Assembly (NCBI GenBank): GCA_023231475.1
Contig: JALJEE010000638.1
Location: forward strand, 1 to 40,553
Source: Seison nebaliae
Lineage: Eukaryota
DNA: 40,553 nt
Direction of reading: 5' to 3'
Below, piece by piece: positions 13,180 to 25,735 of this stretch. The notes under the pieces are model-generated. The model was not told the DNA's origin. It ran no database searches and worked only from the letters and a program-made list of their open reading frames with translations. A program made the translations under genes and the position numbers. Each line of letters starts with the position of its first letter. Position 1 is the stretch's first letter.

Positions 13180-14958
13180 TCAAATGACTGTTTCTAAAAG
13201 AATGGATGAGGAATGATTAGTTGTAATATCTTCATTGCTACTTAATATATCGCTACTTTCGAATAAGCTTGTAGTACAAGCACCACTGCTCTCGCTCAGA
13301 TGTGGATAGTGACCACTTTGATTAAGTCTCATGTTGTCCTCATATTCTTCGTAATGGTGACTATGATGGTGGTTCGGATGGTTTTGTTGATTGGAATTTT
13401 TTAGATGATGTCCATGATGTGTTTGATGTTGAGAATGTGGATTGGAATAATCTTGATGAAAAAGATGATTGCTACTTCGATGGAGATGTGTTGTGGAATT
13501 TGAACAATCATATGATTTGGATACAACCGAATTATATTTGCTGAGATATTGAAATATATTAATTTGTTGAATTCTTTCCAAATCGAATGATGCCGTTTTC
13601 ATAAATGATGTATATCTTAATTGAGATAAGTTTTTTATTCTTCTTGTTGGATTTCTTGATAATAGTCTCGTTATACAACTATTCGCTTCTACTCCATATT
13701 TCAATGGAAGTTCTATTCGATTTTTTATCAGTTTTTCAGCCATCGTCATTCGATTAGTACATCCGTTAATCGGATATTTACCAACGACTAAAGCATACAT
13801 TAAAATACCTAACGACCACCAATCAACACAATGGTCGTACGGTTGAACTTGAAGGATTTCTGGTGCCATATATTGGAGAGTGCCACAAACAGTTGTTGTA
13901 TAATTGCCAATTGGGAGATATTTTGATAAACCGAAATCCACAATTTTTAAATGTCCACGTTTCGATAATAAAATATTTTCCATTTTCACATCTCGATAAA
14001 GAATTCCACGACGATGGAGAAATTCTAATACGAGAGAAACTTCGACTAAATAAATTTTGATGATTTCTAATGGAATTTGTCCTCGCATCTTTGACCATAA
14101 TGCCAACAATTCACCATTGGGGACATATTCGCTAACGATATAAAGGAAACGTTTTGATTGCCAGAATGAATGGACAGGTACGACTAGAGTGGGTAATGAT
14201 TGACCAATTTCATTTTGAATTAACGCCTCGTCTTTGACTTGTTGGACGGCGAGATCGGACATGATTTGTTGTTTCGACATAATTTTCATTGCGTAGACAA
14301 TATCAGTTTCATTGAAGCTAACTTTGAGAACATTACCGAAAGCACCGTTAGCTATGATATCGAGAACGGTGAAATCGCCTTCAGTTATCGGGCCTTTGAT
14401 AGAGAATTCAGGATGGAATAATGCTTCGTGTAATGACACTGGATAATTAATAGTTGCTTCTTTGAGACTTTTAGATCGTGTGTCATTGACATTCTGTTGG
14501 AGTAGAAGTCGCTTCCTCCAATTCGATCTTTCTTTCTCCTCGTAATTATTCCGTCGATATTGAGTATTTGATGGAATTTCATGTCGTTTTCTACGATCGA
14601 ATATCGACAATTCTAAATCACCGTCTTCATCATCATCGTCGTCGTCACCATTCGAATGATTTTTGAAGGAAAGATGCCGATAGATGTTGGAGAGAAACTT
14701 TCTGATTCGTAAACCATCGTCGATGGAATCGGGAGTGGTTGTGGAAGGAAGACGTCCGCTAATCCGACGACGACTTAATTGTCGTTTGGAAAGTTGTTGA
14801 GGGAAGGCAGCAGAATGTTTAATTTGTTCCAATTGCATTTTCCATCGATCATGCTTACTCCCGTTCGTCACATTAGGAACTATAGGCGACGATGTCGTAT
14901 AAGAATAAGTTAAATTGATATTGGGAGAATCGGTTTGATAATTCGATGATTTAGTCAT
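13180..14958 (-). CDS. RSKR: AGC Ser/Thr kinase, ribosomal S6 kinase-related (RSKR/SgK494-like), single exon, His-rich tail
   Basis: 592-aa ORF with IIANGAFGNVLKV, YAMK, YRDVKMENILL, DFGLSK, CGTLQYMAPE and VDWWSLG. DVKMEN and GTLQYMAPE are typical of the SgK494 group. Confidence 0.85.
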   Translation of the reverse strand: MTKSSNYQTDSPNINLTYSYTTSSPIVPNVTNGSKHDRWKMQLEQIKHSAAFPQQLSKRQLSRRRISGRLPSTTTPDSIDDGLRIRKFLSNIYRHLSFKNHSNGDDDDDDEDGDLELSIFDRRKRHEIPSNTQYRRNNYEEKERSNWRKRLLLQQNVNDTRSKSLKEATINYPVSLHEALFHPEFSIKGPITEGDFTVLDIIANGAFGNVLKVSFNETDIVYAMKIMSKQQIMSDLAVQQVKDEALIQNEIGQSLPTLVVPVHSFWQSKRFLYIVSEYVPNGELLALWSKMRGQIPLEIIKIYLVEVSLVLEFLHRRGILYRDVKMENILLSKRGHLKIVDFGLSKYLPIGNYTTTVCGTLQYMAPEILQVQPYDHCVDWWSLGILMYALVVGKYPINGCTNRMTMAEKLIKNRIELPLKYGVEANSCITRLLSRNPTRRIKNLSQLRYTSFMKTASFDLERIQQINIFQYLSKYNSVVSKSYDCSNSTTHLHRSSNHLFHQDYSNPHSQHQTHHGHHLKNSNQQNHPNHHHSHHYEEYEDNMRLNQSGHYPHLSESSGACTTSLFESSDILSSNEDITTNHSSSILLETVI

Positions 14959-15264
14959 TATCGTTTTCTAATTCATTCAATCGTACCATCCGCCTCGCAA
15001 TTCCTTATTCGATATAATTATTCATTTCATCTTCTTTCTCACATTAAACAAATCTTCCTTCTTCTCAACAATCACTTGTTTTCTTCCTCTACGAACAAAT
15101 GAATAGACAAGAAGATAATTCAATAAAAAATAAAGTTGTTTTCCTTCAAATCAATCGCCAATTATACGAGTAAAGAACGAATATTTCCAAATTCGAATGA
15201 GAAAACGGATTATTTTTTACCTATCATTCAATCATTCTTTGCCTTGATATGGTAAACAACAGAA

Positions 15265-15294
15265 AATAATAATAATAATAATAATAATAATAAT
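15265..15294. repeat. (AAT)10 microsatellite
   Basis: Direct reading of the sequence. Confidence 0.95.
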
Positions 15295-17024
15295 TATCAG
15301 AATGGGAATAAAAGGACATTTGAAGTAAAATATAATTGAAATCGATCAGAAATTATTGACGATACATGAAAGAATAGTCAACTGAAGAATAAAAAGGGAA
15401 ATTGCAGGAACGAAATGGAATCTCTCGCAAACAATTGAAGGGAAAAAAACTTTCATTTCTTCCTTCCTTCCCCTCACTCAAGCGGTATGCTACTAGACGA
15501 TATTTGTTATATGCTTCTCTATGTCTCTGCTGATCGTATTAGGCATAAGAAAATAATATTGGTAATACTACAACGACTAACAGTTGTAGTAGTAGTAGTA
15601 GTAGTCGTCGTATATGATGGAAATCGATGTAAATAGAGAAGGCGAATTTCGTTAGAGATATGTCTACATGGCAATCGTGTTGCAGAGCCGAGAAGAATTC
15701 TAATGATTGAAGTTCGATGAAAAGACAAAAAAAAATTTTTTGGATGTTGTTGATGAATCGTAATTTGATTAGCCTTCTATAATAACATGCAGTCTATCCA
15801 TCCATCCCATCCATCATATTAGATAGATTTTATCTGTTACCCCCTCCAACCCAGCATCTCGGAGAGGTAATGCAATAATATTAGCATTACCAGCCAATCT
15901 TCCAATTCCTACGTTTGCATATTAGATGATGTGTGTGAGGATTGAGCTAAAGGAAATTTCATAAATCTACTTTCTCACTTAATTTCAACAGTCATTCGTT
16001 TACTTACATGAATGTGCAGTTGTACATTCTTATCTTATCCATCCTCTTCTTCCTCCTCCCCCTAACTTTTCACATCCAATTACTGCTCCATAAACAACAA
16101 GAGAATCATTAAGGTTATCCAACTCCCACATGAAACTATCAATACGTGTGAATTTATAAACATGAACTTTGATAGATAAATTCCGACTGAAGTGACGTGA
16201 ATGAATTTGAAGGAATTCCATTACCAATTCATCATTTCCATTTGTCGCCAAACAAATATTTGAACTCTAATCAAATATATTCTCCTCGTTATTATTATCA
16301 GTTTCAATCAATGTTCCATTGTCATCTACCTCAAAGATTGTAAAAACATATTTACCTTCTAAAAAATAATCCCCCGAACTTACAGAGATTATTTGAAATA
16401 ATGTGCTACAAAAAAATAGTTTAATTTCTATTCAAAAACTCTCATTGTTCGAAGGTGGAGAAGAATTACTTTAAAATAAACATTGAAAGCAATTTAAAAG
16501 AATTGGAGGGAGCAGACTTTCCATCAAATCATATTCATATAATTGTAAGTTGCACCTTGATTCTCATAATCTTTTGTTTATCACATGAATTCTTTTTTGA
16601 AAGTCCCTCCTTTTTTTCCCAAATACATATCAAATACTTTCAAATGTACATATATATATATTTAAGCTTTTATTGTCTTCTTGTTGACTACAAGAGAACC
16701 TAGCTTAAAATATGATTGCTCAACTATAGACTAGAATGCTGCTAAGTCCTCCCAACAAACCGTCCTAACTACAAGAAATTATTGTTCGAATTTTAATTTC
16801 CTTCATAAATTCATCAATTTCCCGTCTGCTAATCATACACATGGACTTATTAGGTAATTATTCATTTATCCGAATAATAGAAATGGAACATCTTTAATTA
16901 AATTGTACTTGATCTCTATTACAATTTCTCTTCCCACTCTTTTACCGAACATTGTCGAAAGAATCGAATATCAGAAACTTCAAATGATTTTAAAAAATTT
17001 TTTAAATAATTCAAATATTGAGCT

Positions 17025-17541
17025 ATGGTTGCATATGAACTGCTATTGGTACTCCGTTCGTCCGGAAGAGTTTGTCTTTTATAATAGCGGAATTATAATT
17101 TTTTCAGACGAAATTGGTGGAGACTATTAAAAGATGTTCATTAAAAATTGATGGAATCATTCGTTCATTCAATAATTTGGGAGAACGTGATCTCCATCAA
17201 CCAACTCGAAAACATGATGAAACTTTCTATTCAGGCCAGTTCGTTTCCTTCTCTAATTCCATATCAAATTTCTTTTCAGTTATTTTCTCATTACTTATTC
17301 CGCTCCACCAAAATTTAATAAGAATTTGATTGATGGCATGAATCGAGATAAGGATGTCATTCGTTCCACTATCGTCAATGTACCCGAGAAATTTCTGAAA
17401 GTTCCGCCAAACGCCATTTTAGATGTTGATTGTGAATGTGAAGAAAATAACAAATTTATTGACGATCCAATCGATGTCTATCGGAAGTACAATCGCGACG
17501 AAAAGAGACGTCTATACAAAGATTTCGGTGTTCGCTTATAA
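17025..17541 (+). CDS. MRPS6: Mitochondrial ribosomal protein S6 (bS6m)
   Basis: Introns 17070-17107 and 17239-17279 (GTT..CAG). MVAYELLLVLRSSGR|TKLVETIKR..GIIRSFNNLGERDL..GH YFLITYSAP..MNRDKDVIRSTIV matches the bS6 YEL / NLGER.L / RD.DVIR motifs. Confidence 0.88.
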
Positions 17542-17903
17542 AAAATTTCCTGATATTCTCTTACAGATAATTTTCATTTGTTATAATAAAAACTTTCATT
17601 TTTTTGGAAACTTTTAAAATTTTTTGAAACTATCAAAATTAATTTTCTTTTTTCTTTTTTAATTGACAGTTCATTGTGAGTTTAGTTCAATAAAATTATA
17701 ATAAAATTATTATCTTATTTTCTTTCTAAATTCACCCCGAGGAGGTTTGATCTTATAATAAATAATAATAATAATAATAAAATAAAAAATTCTATAAATT
17801 AATTTAGAAATTGAATTGAGGAAGAATGAAAACATTTGATAAGAATTCTTTATTTGGATATAAGAGAATTTTATTAAATAAAAAAATTTAGATGACAAAA
17901 AAA

Positions 17904-19671
17904 TCAAATTGAATCATGACGTCGACGTTGGAGTCGTTTCTTTTTTAGTTCGTTCCATTGTTGAGTTTTTTGTTCGTAAGTGAATAGATTGTATAAATCG
18001 AAATTGGTTAAATTGGAAGTTTGAATATCTTTCAGATGAGACGTCCTTAAAGAATTGAGGAGAGACACAGATCCAGGTAAGTTCTTGTGTTCAATAGCGA
18101 CAGCCACCGGATGGATTGTTGAACATTCGACATCGACATCTTTCGATTTGCAGTCGTTCGGTTGTAAGAGAAGTGAATGACTGAGATAATATTTGGAATC
18201 ATTTGAAGAAATTAAATTAACAATTGGCATTTTCTTCATGAAGAATAATTGTTGTGTCATCATTGATGATTGTCGAGATGCAGCGTTCTCTGCACCCACA
18301 TCAATATGGACATCATGTTTATAAAAGTGTCGATAATCAGTTGTTAGATAACAAGGAGTATAACTATCACCGAAACTGCGAACGACTTCCTTCTTTATTT
18401 GACTTGAGTCATCGTCTCGATTTTGTGATGAATTTTTTAATTGTCGCCGATTCTTCACATCGTTCACATTGGATGGCACACAATTGGCACAACAACATCT
18501 ATTGAGAATACTTTTCTGTGATTTGGAGAATTGGAAACGGAAACACGATTGATATTCACAAGAACAAACGGAAACTAGATCCTCTTCTTCCGGTTTCTCT
18601 TCTTTGTCTTTGATGACAATTCGAGTGTTCTCACTAATCACATCTCCTTTCACTGTGACTTGTTGTCGAATAGCTTCTTCTAATTGTAACTTCTCTTTTC
18701 GTTCTTCTTCCGTATTAATAGAGACTAATTTCAAAACTAATAAATTTATACTGGAAGCACCAAATGTGAGAACTGATACGATGAAGAGAACGGTAAACGC
18801 ATAATAAGCTGGTGATCGATTTAACATCTCCTTCTTTTGCATCGGCACATAATCACCAAAACCGATTGTGGTCAAAGTAATGAAACAATAATAAACAGCT
18901 TCGAAATAACTCCAATTCTCTTTATAATGAAATATGGCGGCGGCTGAAAAAACGGTAAACATACTCAGACAAAATTCTGCGAGAATAATTTCCATTTGAG
19001 TAATTTGTTGAGTTTTCGCTTTCATTTTCAATTGAATCAATTTCTCCGATTGTTCCAATGATGTTTTAGTTAGATGTCCGAAACGTTTCTGCTCGTTTTT
19101 GACATGTCTCTTCAATTGATAATATTGATAAGAATAATATTTCTGTTTCGTTACCATCATAATATGTGCGAGAAATGTATTTATACGTTCACCGACACTC
19201 TGGAACATAATGATGGAAATTGGAATTCCAACAATCGCATAAATAATCGTAAATATTTTACCACTAAATGTGACGGGTGTCGAATGACCATAACCTGAGA
19301 ATATTCAAAAATAAATTTTAAAAAAAATTCAAAAATAAATTTAAAAAAAAACCTATTAATGATGTGACGATGAGACAATAGAAGAAAGCGCCGGGAAATT
19401 GCCATTGGGAACCGGCCATCATTTTCTTCTTTCGCCAGAATGTGTTGATTAGTTGTTGCATATCATTTTCAGTGACATTATATTTCTCTTTGATTTGTTT
19501 CGTTACGTTTTTATAACGATTATAATCTGATTGTTCGCGACTCGATTCCAATCGATCAAAAACGGCGGCACCAATTAACAGATAAGTGAAAGTACAAATT
19601 ATGAGGGAGAGTGTCCTTATATTTTGCCGTTTTATGGAAATGTTGTCGTTCAACTTATCGCGCGTCGTCAT
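17904..19671 (-). CDS. Two-pore-domain potassium channel, TASK subfamily (KCNK3/9, sup-9-like)
   Basis: KRQNIRTLSLIICTFTYLLIGAAVFDRLE. One intron at 19295-19352. P1 is SLIG|YGH, P2 is YYCFITLTTIGFGDYVP, and the C-terminus RRRHDSI resembles the TASK 14-3-3 motif. Confidence 0.92.
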
Positions 19672-22600
19672 TTAACGATACATGAATAGTATTTTTGGGT
19701 GGTGGAAAGACAGAGATAAAGAAACACGAAATATTTCTGAAGAGAAATAAACGAATTTAATTTGTGATAATGTCGAACAAGTGAATAGTAAATATGGGAA
19801 GAAATTAGGAAGATTACTGAGGAATAAATTTATTAACTGCAACATTTGGAAGAAGGCAGGGGACGGATGTACAAATGATTTTCTTCTTCCGTTCATTAAT
19901 CATTAACTTTTATCTAGAGAATAACTGAAATGTCTCTATGAAATGTCTCTCGATGTGATTCGATCTCGGAAGATTTCTGGTGAATTAAAGGAACAACATC
20001 ATTCCAAAATGAAATATTCGTCCTCCATATTAAACTATCAATCAATGGGAAAGACGATACAAACCGAATTTGGTTAGACTATCTCCAATATCGACTCAAC
20101 TTCTTTTGCTTTCTCATAAAAGAAAATTCTTCTTCTTCTTCTTCTTCTCCCTCCTCCTCCCAATGAACTATGGTGACATATAATGTGATTATTTGCATAA
20201 TAATTCGCTGCTCCCGGAGATGTTCCTATCAGATCATTGGAATAATTATACTTTTCTTATACAATTTCCCTTCCAACGAACAATAATTCTCCGAAATCGT
20301 TCTTCTCCCCCCAAAACTGGTAAAGATGTGATATAAGATGTGAGTTTTACAAATCTCTCATCATCATCAAGACTATCATTCTTTTAGTAACGAGATTTCA
20401 TAATGATCATATAATGCAAACTCATTATTTCCTCATTAAACACCAACTAGAAGTATGTAATAATATCTCATCTTCTTACTCAACCTAATGTACTTCGTAA
20501 ATTATCGTTTTCTTCCATTTCACCACTAAACTCATTCGAAACCGTTGAACAATCCATAACTATACTACATAATACCTATAAACCAATTTATTTATAATAA
20601 CATTCGTCTCCAATTTAACCTTTAAGATATTTCTGGGATTATTTTCATTAAGAATTCTCTTTTTAAATTAAACGGAAATGTCCTCATAATTTCTTTTCTA
20701 ATTCAAACCCGAAGAAAAGTCATTTATTTTTTTATGAATAACTATCAGACAATTGTGTTTAAGAGTTTGACGAAAAAAGAATTAGATGAATGAATAATGA
20801 GGTAAGGATAAATATGGAATTCGTACATTTCACACATCATAATTAATAATAAGTATATTTTAATGGGCATTTCTCCGGAAACAATATCGAAGCTATTCCT
20901 TAATATTTTTGGGCTTAAATGTTCGTTTATATGACAGCAGCTGAGATACTTCATCATTGGACATTCCAAATCACCTTCTTTTGTTCGAACAACGTATTGG
21001 ACGATAGTCATAAATAAAAATGGAATGATAAAATTCAAACTTTCCGTCTTCAACATATGATGTGGGACAATTCGTACATGGAATTGAAATCTTCCAAAAG
21101 ATGTTAAAATTCAGAGGACGAATCGACTTTAATTATATATAGATTATTTTTGTTTATTTGTTTATCTATTTTTAGAAAACATGATTAGCTTACTTGAAAT
21201 TCAAGGTAAATTTAAAGTTACATAATTATTTTGCAATTAGCCAAATAAATTAAACAAATTCAATTTCAACCTAGAAAACAACCCCAATACTTTATAATAG
21301 TTCCTAATAATCTTTTTATGTTAAATTTATGGAATTTTTTGTTCGTAGCTGAGAAAAATGAATCTACATTAATAATCGATGGCTGAATTGGGAACATATC
21401 GTCTATATGTGATCTAGTTATATTTCGTTATTCGGACAAATATTAATATTATCAATAAAGAAAATATTCATCAACAGTATTAGGTAGATCCTGCGAATCA
21501 CACGATAGATTATACGTAGCTGGAGCGGATATCACATTTCCTAGGAATTCTTATGTGGAATGATGATGTATCTTTATGAAACTTTCTCCTTTCGTTCTTC
21601 GAGAGGAGAAAATTCTTTATCGAAAGTAGATTATGTGCCCTATTCGGACACATGTTTTCTTATGTCCAAAATGTAAACGATATAATTTATGGCATTTTAT
21701 GAATTTACATTAATGTCTCGCTTCATCGGAATAATCGATGTGCTTTATAATTGTAGAGACGAAATGAATAAATTTAATTAATTAATTCTTCATTCAAACT
21801 GTCATTTCGAAAGTTTCTGATGATTTTTCTTCAAAGATTCCCATAAAAGAATTAACTACTTTCCATTCGGTATTATTGGGAAGTATGAGCACAGATGGTA
21901 CGATACCTGAAAATAAATTTTGGCAGATAATATTGAAAAGAACAGTTCTTCTCAACAACAATTCTCTTTTGAGTTTCACAATACAATATTATGGAATCGA
22001 TATAAAATAAATTATTCGTCTTTCTTCCATGAAGAGAATTCGAACAAAAAAAAAGATAATTAGACAATTCCTATCTGTCCTAACAAATTTCGCATGACAA
22101 TAAACATAATACATATATAAAGTTGATTCATCTTCTTTTCGATAATGAAACTTATCATCTATTTAGGTTTCATCTCCGTTCAACTGAGAAATTGGACGGA
22201 ATGTCAAAAGTTTTCTTATCGACACTTTTTCGTTATTTAATGTTGGTGATCTTGGTTTGTTTGATAATAATCCTAATTTTTTACTTTATAGAGGAATGAG
22301 TGCGGAAAGAAATGAGTTAATTCTAATTAAGTTAAAATATGGAGAAATGTGAATTTAGTTAATGGGAGAAAAGTTCGAATAGAAATTTTACGATTTCCTA
22401 ATTTACGAGAAGGTCAGAAGTAGATTATGAATTAGAAGGTTATGAAGACAGAGTAGTTTATACGAAATTGAGAATTGGAATTCGATAGTTGGAATTAGAT
22501 GAATGGAACTGGATGACAATTTCTGGGGAACAATTCCATAATACGGGCGATTGATATGAGAAACATGAGATTTTCATATCGAGATGGCAATAAACAAATA

Positions 22601-23447
22601 TAATTAAAATCATTTTTATACATCTCTTTCAGAGTGTGCATATGAATATTATGAATATATGTCCTATATAGGAAAGGAGAAGAAATTGATGAAGAAATGC
22701 TTTTGCATAATATTATCATATAATTCTACTCATTGGAAATGGAAGAGTTTGTTTGATCACGAATACGGTTATTTTGGATGGAATCTAATAGATATCTCTT
22801 CGTAATCATTCCTAAAAGATATGGATTTCTTTACTATATTTAGTAAGCTTTTATTGATAACATGAATGTAATCTCGATTGAATTGAGTGTAACCTTCACA
22901 ATTCAACTTGATTAGTAGAAAGAACAGTGAATGGATGAAGACAGTGGAAATAAACGATTAGAAGTTGAACTGATGATTGATAGAGATTATATGAATTTGA
23001 TTCATCTGCAGTAAAGTGGCACGGTATGTGAAGGAATGAATAGTTCGAATGATAAACAAAAGTTGAAGTAATTGAATTGGAGGGAGGGAATACAAAGGAA
23101 AGGAATCAGTGCCGGAGTGTTGGACTTATATGCACATTATTCACGGTAATGTGTTCTTTTTCCCTTAATAGCAGATGTGAATTCATTATTCTATTAACTT
23201 GTACAATTACTAAGAAAACTTTTATTTATATTACTTTCCTTTTTATTGCATTAAAAACAATAGAATTGCATTAACATCGGAAAAGTGAATTTGTTTAATT
23301 CAATTTTACGATAACCAATTAACAAATAAGCAACATCGATTCATTTACATTTCTTTTTGGCAATGAATTATCGTAAGTAAATTATGTCATGGTTTCATTG
23401 CTAGAGTGATGGAAACGGAATTGGAAGATGCACAAAACAAGAAGAAT

Positions 23448-24377
23448 TCAATTCATTTCTTGTTTGAGACGAACGTCAATTTCTTGCATCTCTCGAACTC
23501 TCTGTTATAGAGAATAGACAATAGAGAAAATGATAGAAAGGAAATTTTACTTGAGATATTTCTGTTTCAATCTTATTCCGATATTTCTCACCTTCGCCTA
23601 ATTCGACCATTTCTATCAGGAAATTCTTTCTATCCTCTATTTCTTTAGTTACTGCGAATTGAGAATGAATGAGACTTGTAAGAAGAAAGATAAAATAAAC
23701 ATTCGTCAAATCGTCCATATAAGTCATCGTCGTCCTTATCACGTGAATTGTTTCTGTTTTCACTTGGGGAAATTGTATCTTTGTTTGGTGACTTCCTTCT
23801 TAACTGTGCTTCTTGTTCATCTACTGCTTCCCGTCCATATTCCATAATCTTTGAAAATTTCTCTTTCTCCTTATTTCTGGATGGAACTATGGAACTCCAA
23901 ATAAAAGAGATTTCATTTATTAACTAAACAATTCAACTTTTCACAGAATGATAAGGATCTACTTGAAATGCTCCACTTTGTACAATCGATGAGAGATTAC
24001 GACGTTTCCCATTGTAACTGAAATACGATAAGGATTAAGCAAAAATTCATCGTTAAGAAACTTCATTTTCACATCGTTATTATCTCCCGATGGTTTTTGT
24101 CTTTGTCGATGATATTGATTACTTTTTAATGTTTTTGGTAATCCACTTCCATCTTTTTTTTCAAAATTTTTTTTATAATTTCAATAATAAGAAATTAAAT
24201 TGTGAAAACTCTTAATAGAATCATTTATTTCTTTTCGTTGGACATTCGACAATTTCGCTTCTTTCATCAAATCTTTTGAAATTTAACAAATTGAAATTAG
24301 GAAGAAATTAATTGACAATAACTGTCTAATAATGTACGTGTGTTTGATGAAATATCAGGTTTAGTAGTATTCCACAT
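23448..24377 (-). CDS. C22orf23: UPF0193 protein EVG1 (C22orf23-like)
   Basis: Seven exons: MWNTTKPDISSNTRTLLDNLMKEAKLSNVQRKEINDSIKNGSGLP..EKEKFSKIMEYG..RFDELTKEIEDRKNFLIEMVELGEGEKYRNKIETEISQRVREMQEID. This matches the UPF0193 pattern as I recall it. Confidence 0.8.
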
Positions 24378-24420
24378 TTTTGATACGGATAAAAAATTTG
24401 TCGAAAAAATTGTTGCTATA

Positions 24421-24434
24421 GTTGCTATGACAAC
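24421..24434. promoter_or_regulatory. RFX X-box (GTTGCTATGACAAC) about 44 bp upstream of the EVG1 ATG
   Basis: Near-palindromic match to the X-box GTTGCCATGGCAAC, with an extra half-site GTTGCTATA at 24412-24420. Confidence 0.7.
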
Positions 24435-24469
24435 GACTTTTAAAATAGTTTTAAGCTAGCACTCTAAAC

Positions 24470-24475
24470 TTTATT
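24470..24475 (-). terminator. Candidate AATAAA polyadenylation signal of GMPR
   Basis: AATAAA on the minus strand about 40 nt after the GMPR stop. The motif is common in AT-rich DNA. Confidence 0.45.
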
Positions 24476-24513
24476 TCACTCACAGAAACATAACGAAATA
24501 AATTATGAAAATA

Positions 24514-25735
24514 TTATGAAAACATCGCGTTCGTTTGTTGTGTTACTCGTACAAAAGTTGTCTTTCTGTTCAATTGTTTTAGCGTGACTGCTCCGACATA
24601 GGTACATGCTGATCGGAGACCGCCCAAAATATCGAGAATTGTTTCTCGAATCGGACCGCGATATTCCACTTCCACGGTCTTCCCTTCTGATGCCCGATAG
24701 TTATTTACTCCTCCCGCATGTTTCATCATTGCAGTTGTTGAACTCATACCATAAAATAATTTATATTTCTTCCCATCTTTACAAATCAAATCTCCTTTAC
24801 ACTCATCGTGACCAGCTAACATTCCACCCAACATAACGAAATCAGCACCAGCTCCGAATGCTTTAGCAATGTCTCCAGGACAGGAACAACCCCCATCTGC
24901 TATAATATGTCCACCGAGTCCATGAGCAGCATCGGCGCATTCCATTATAGCTGATAATTGAGGATATCCTACACCCGTTTTCTTTCGCGTCGTACAAACA
25001 CTACCAGGACCAATTCCAATTTTAACTATATCAGCACCAGCTAAAATTAATTGTTCCACCATTTCTCCCGTTACCACATTCCCAGCAATGATGGTTTTTG
25101 TAGAATAGCGCGAACGTACATCCGATAAATATTGAACGAAATGTTCCGAATAACCTATACGATATTTAAACCAAATTATAAAATCATAGAAATTAATCAA
25201 ACCGTTAGCTACATCTAAACAAATATAATTGATATCGTCTACTTTTTGTAAAACTTCGTCAATTTTTTTATCGTCAGTTTCAGTCATTCCAGCAGATATA
25301 GCGACATTCTAATAAATAAATCATTCTAATTTTAAACGAAGAAAAACTTTCAATATTTTCGGGTTTTTCTTCGCCCAATTTATTATTTCTTCGGCCGAAT
25401 AATGTTTCTGTAAGGTAACGAATAATCCGTGCTAAAGTTTTTGTTAATTTAAAAAAATAATTTACAAATTTCAAAGCTGAACTTCGGCGAATATTTCCGC
25501 TACTTCAAATGTGCCAGTGGTATCCATGTTGGAAGCGATAATGGGAATACCATAATACTCTTTACCGGAATTTCTGAATTGTTTAAAATTTCGATGAAGG
25601 TCAACCTATTGCAATCGATAAAATAAACGATAATTAATCAAGAGTAACATCAGCACGACTTTTCAATGTACTTCGTTTGGGTCGAATTAAAACATCTTTG
25701 AAATCTAATTTTATATCTTGCTCAATTCTTGGCAT
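24514..25735 (-). CDS. GMPR: GMP reductase
   Basis: Five exons: [105 protein letters not shown]. Confidence 0.96.

Noticed and set aside
9408..14958. Co-oriented close-packed genes as a possible operon or trans-splicing unit
   Set aside because: Gaps of 0.5-0.6 kb can hold independent promoters, and no spliced-leader evidence can be obtained from DNA alone.
19295..19352. Internal ~24-nt duplication (T-run AAATTTATTTTTGAAT) in the K2P intron
   Set aside because: Low-complexity slippage duplication with no sign of function.
20745..21979. Minus-strand ORFs faintly reminiscent of hAT transposase segments
   Set aside because: The resemblance is too weak to support without a profile search, and I saw no catalytic motifs or TIRs.
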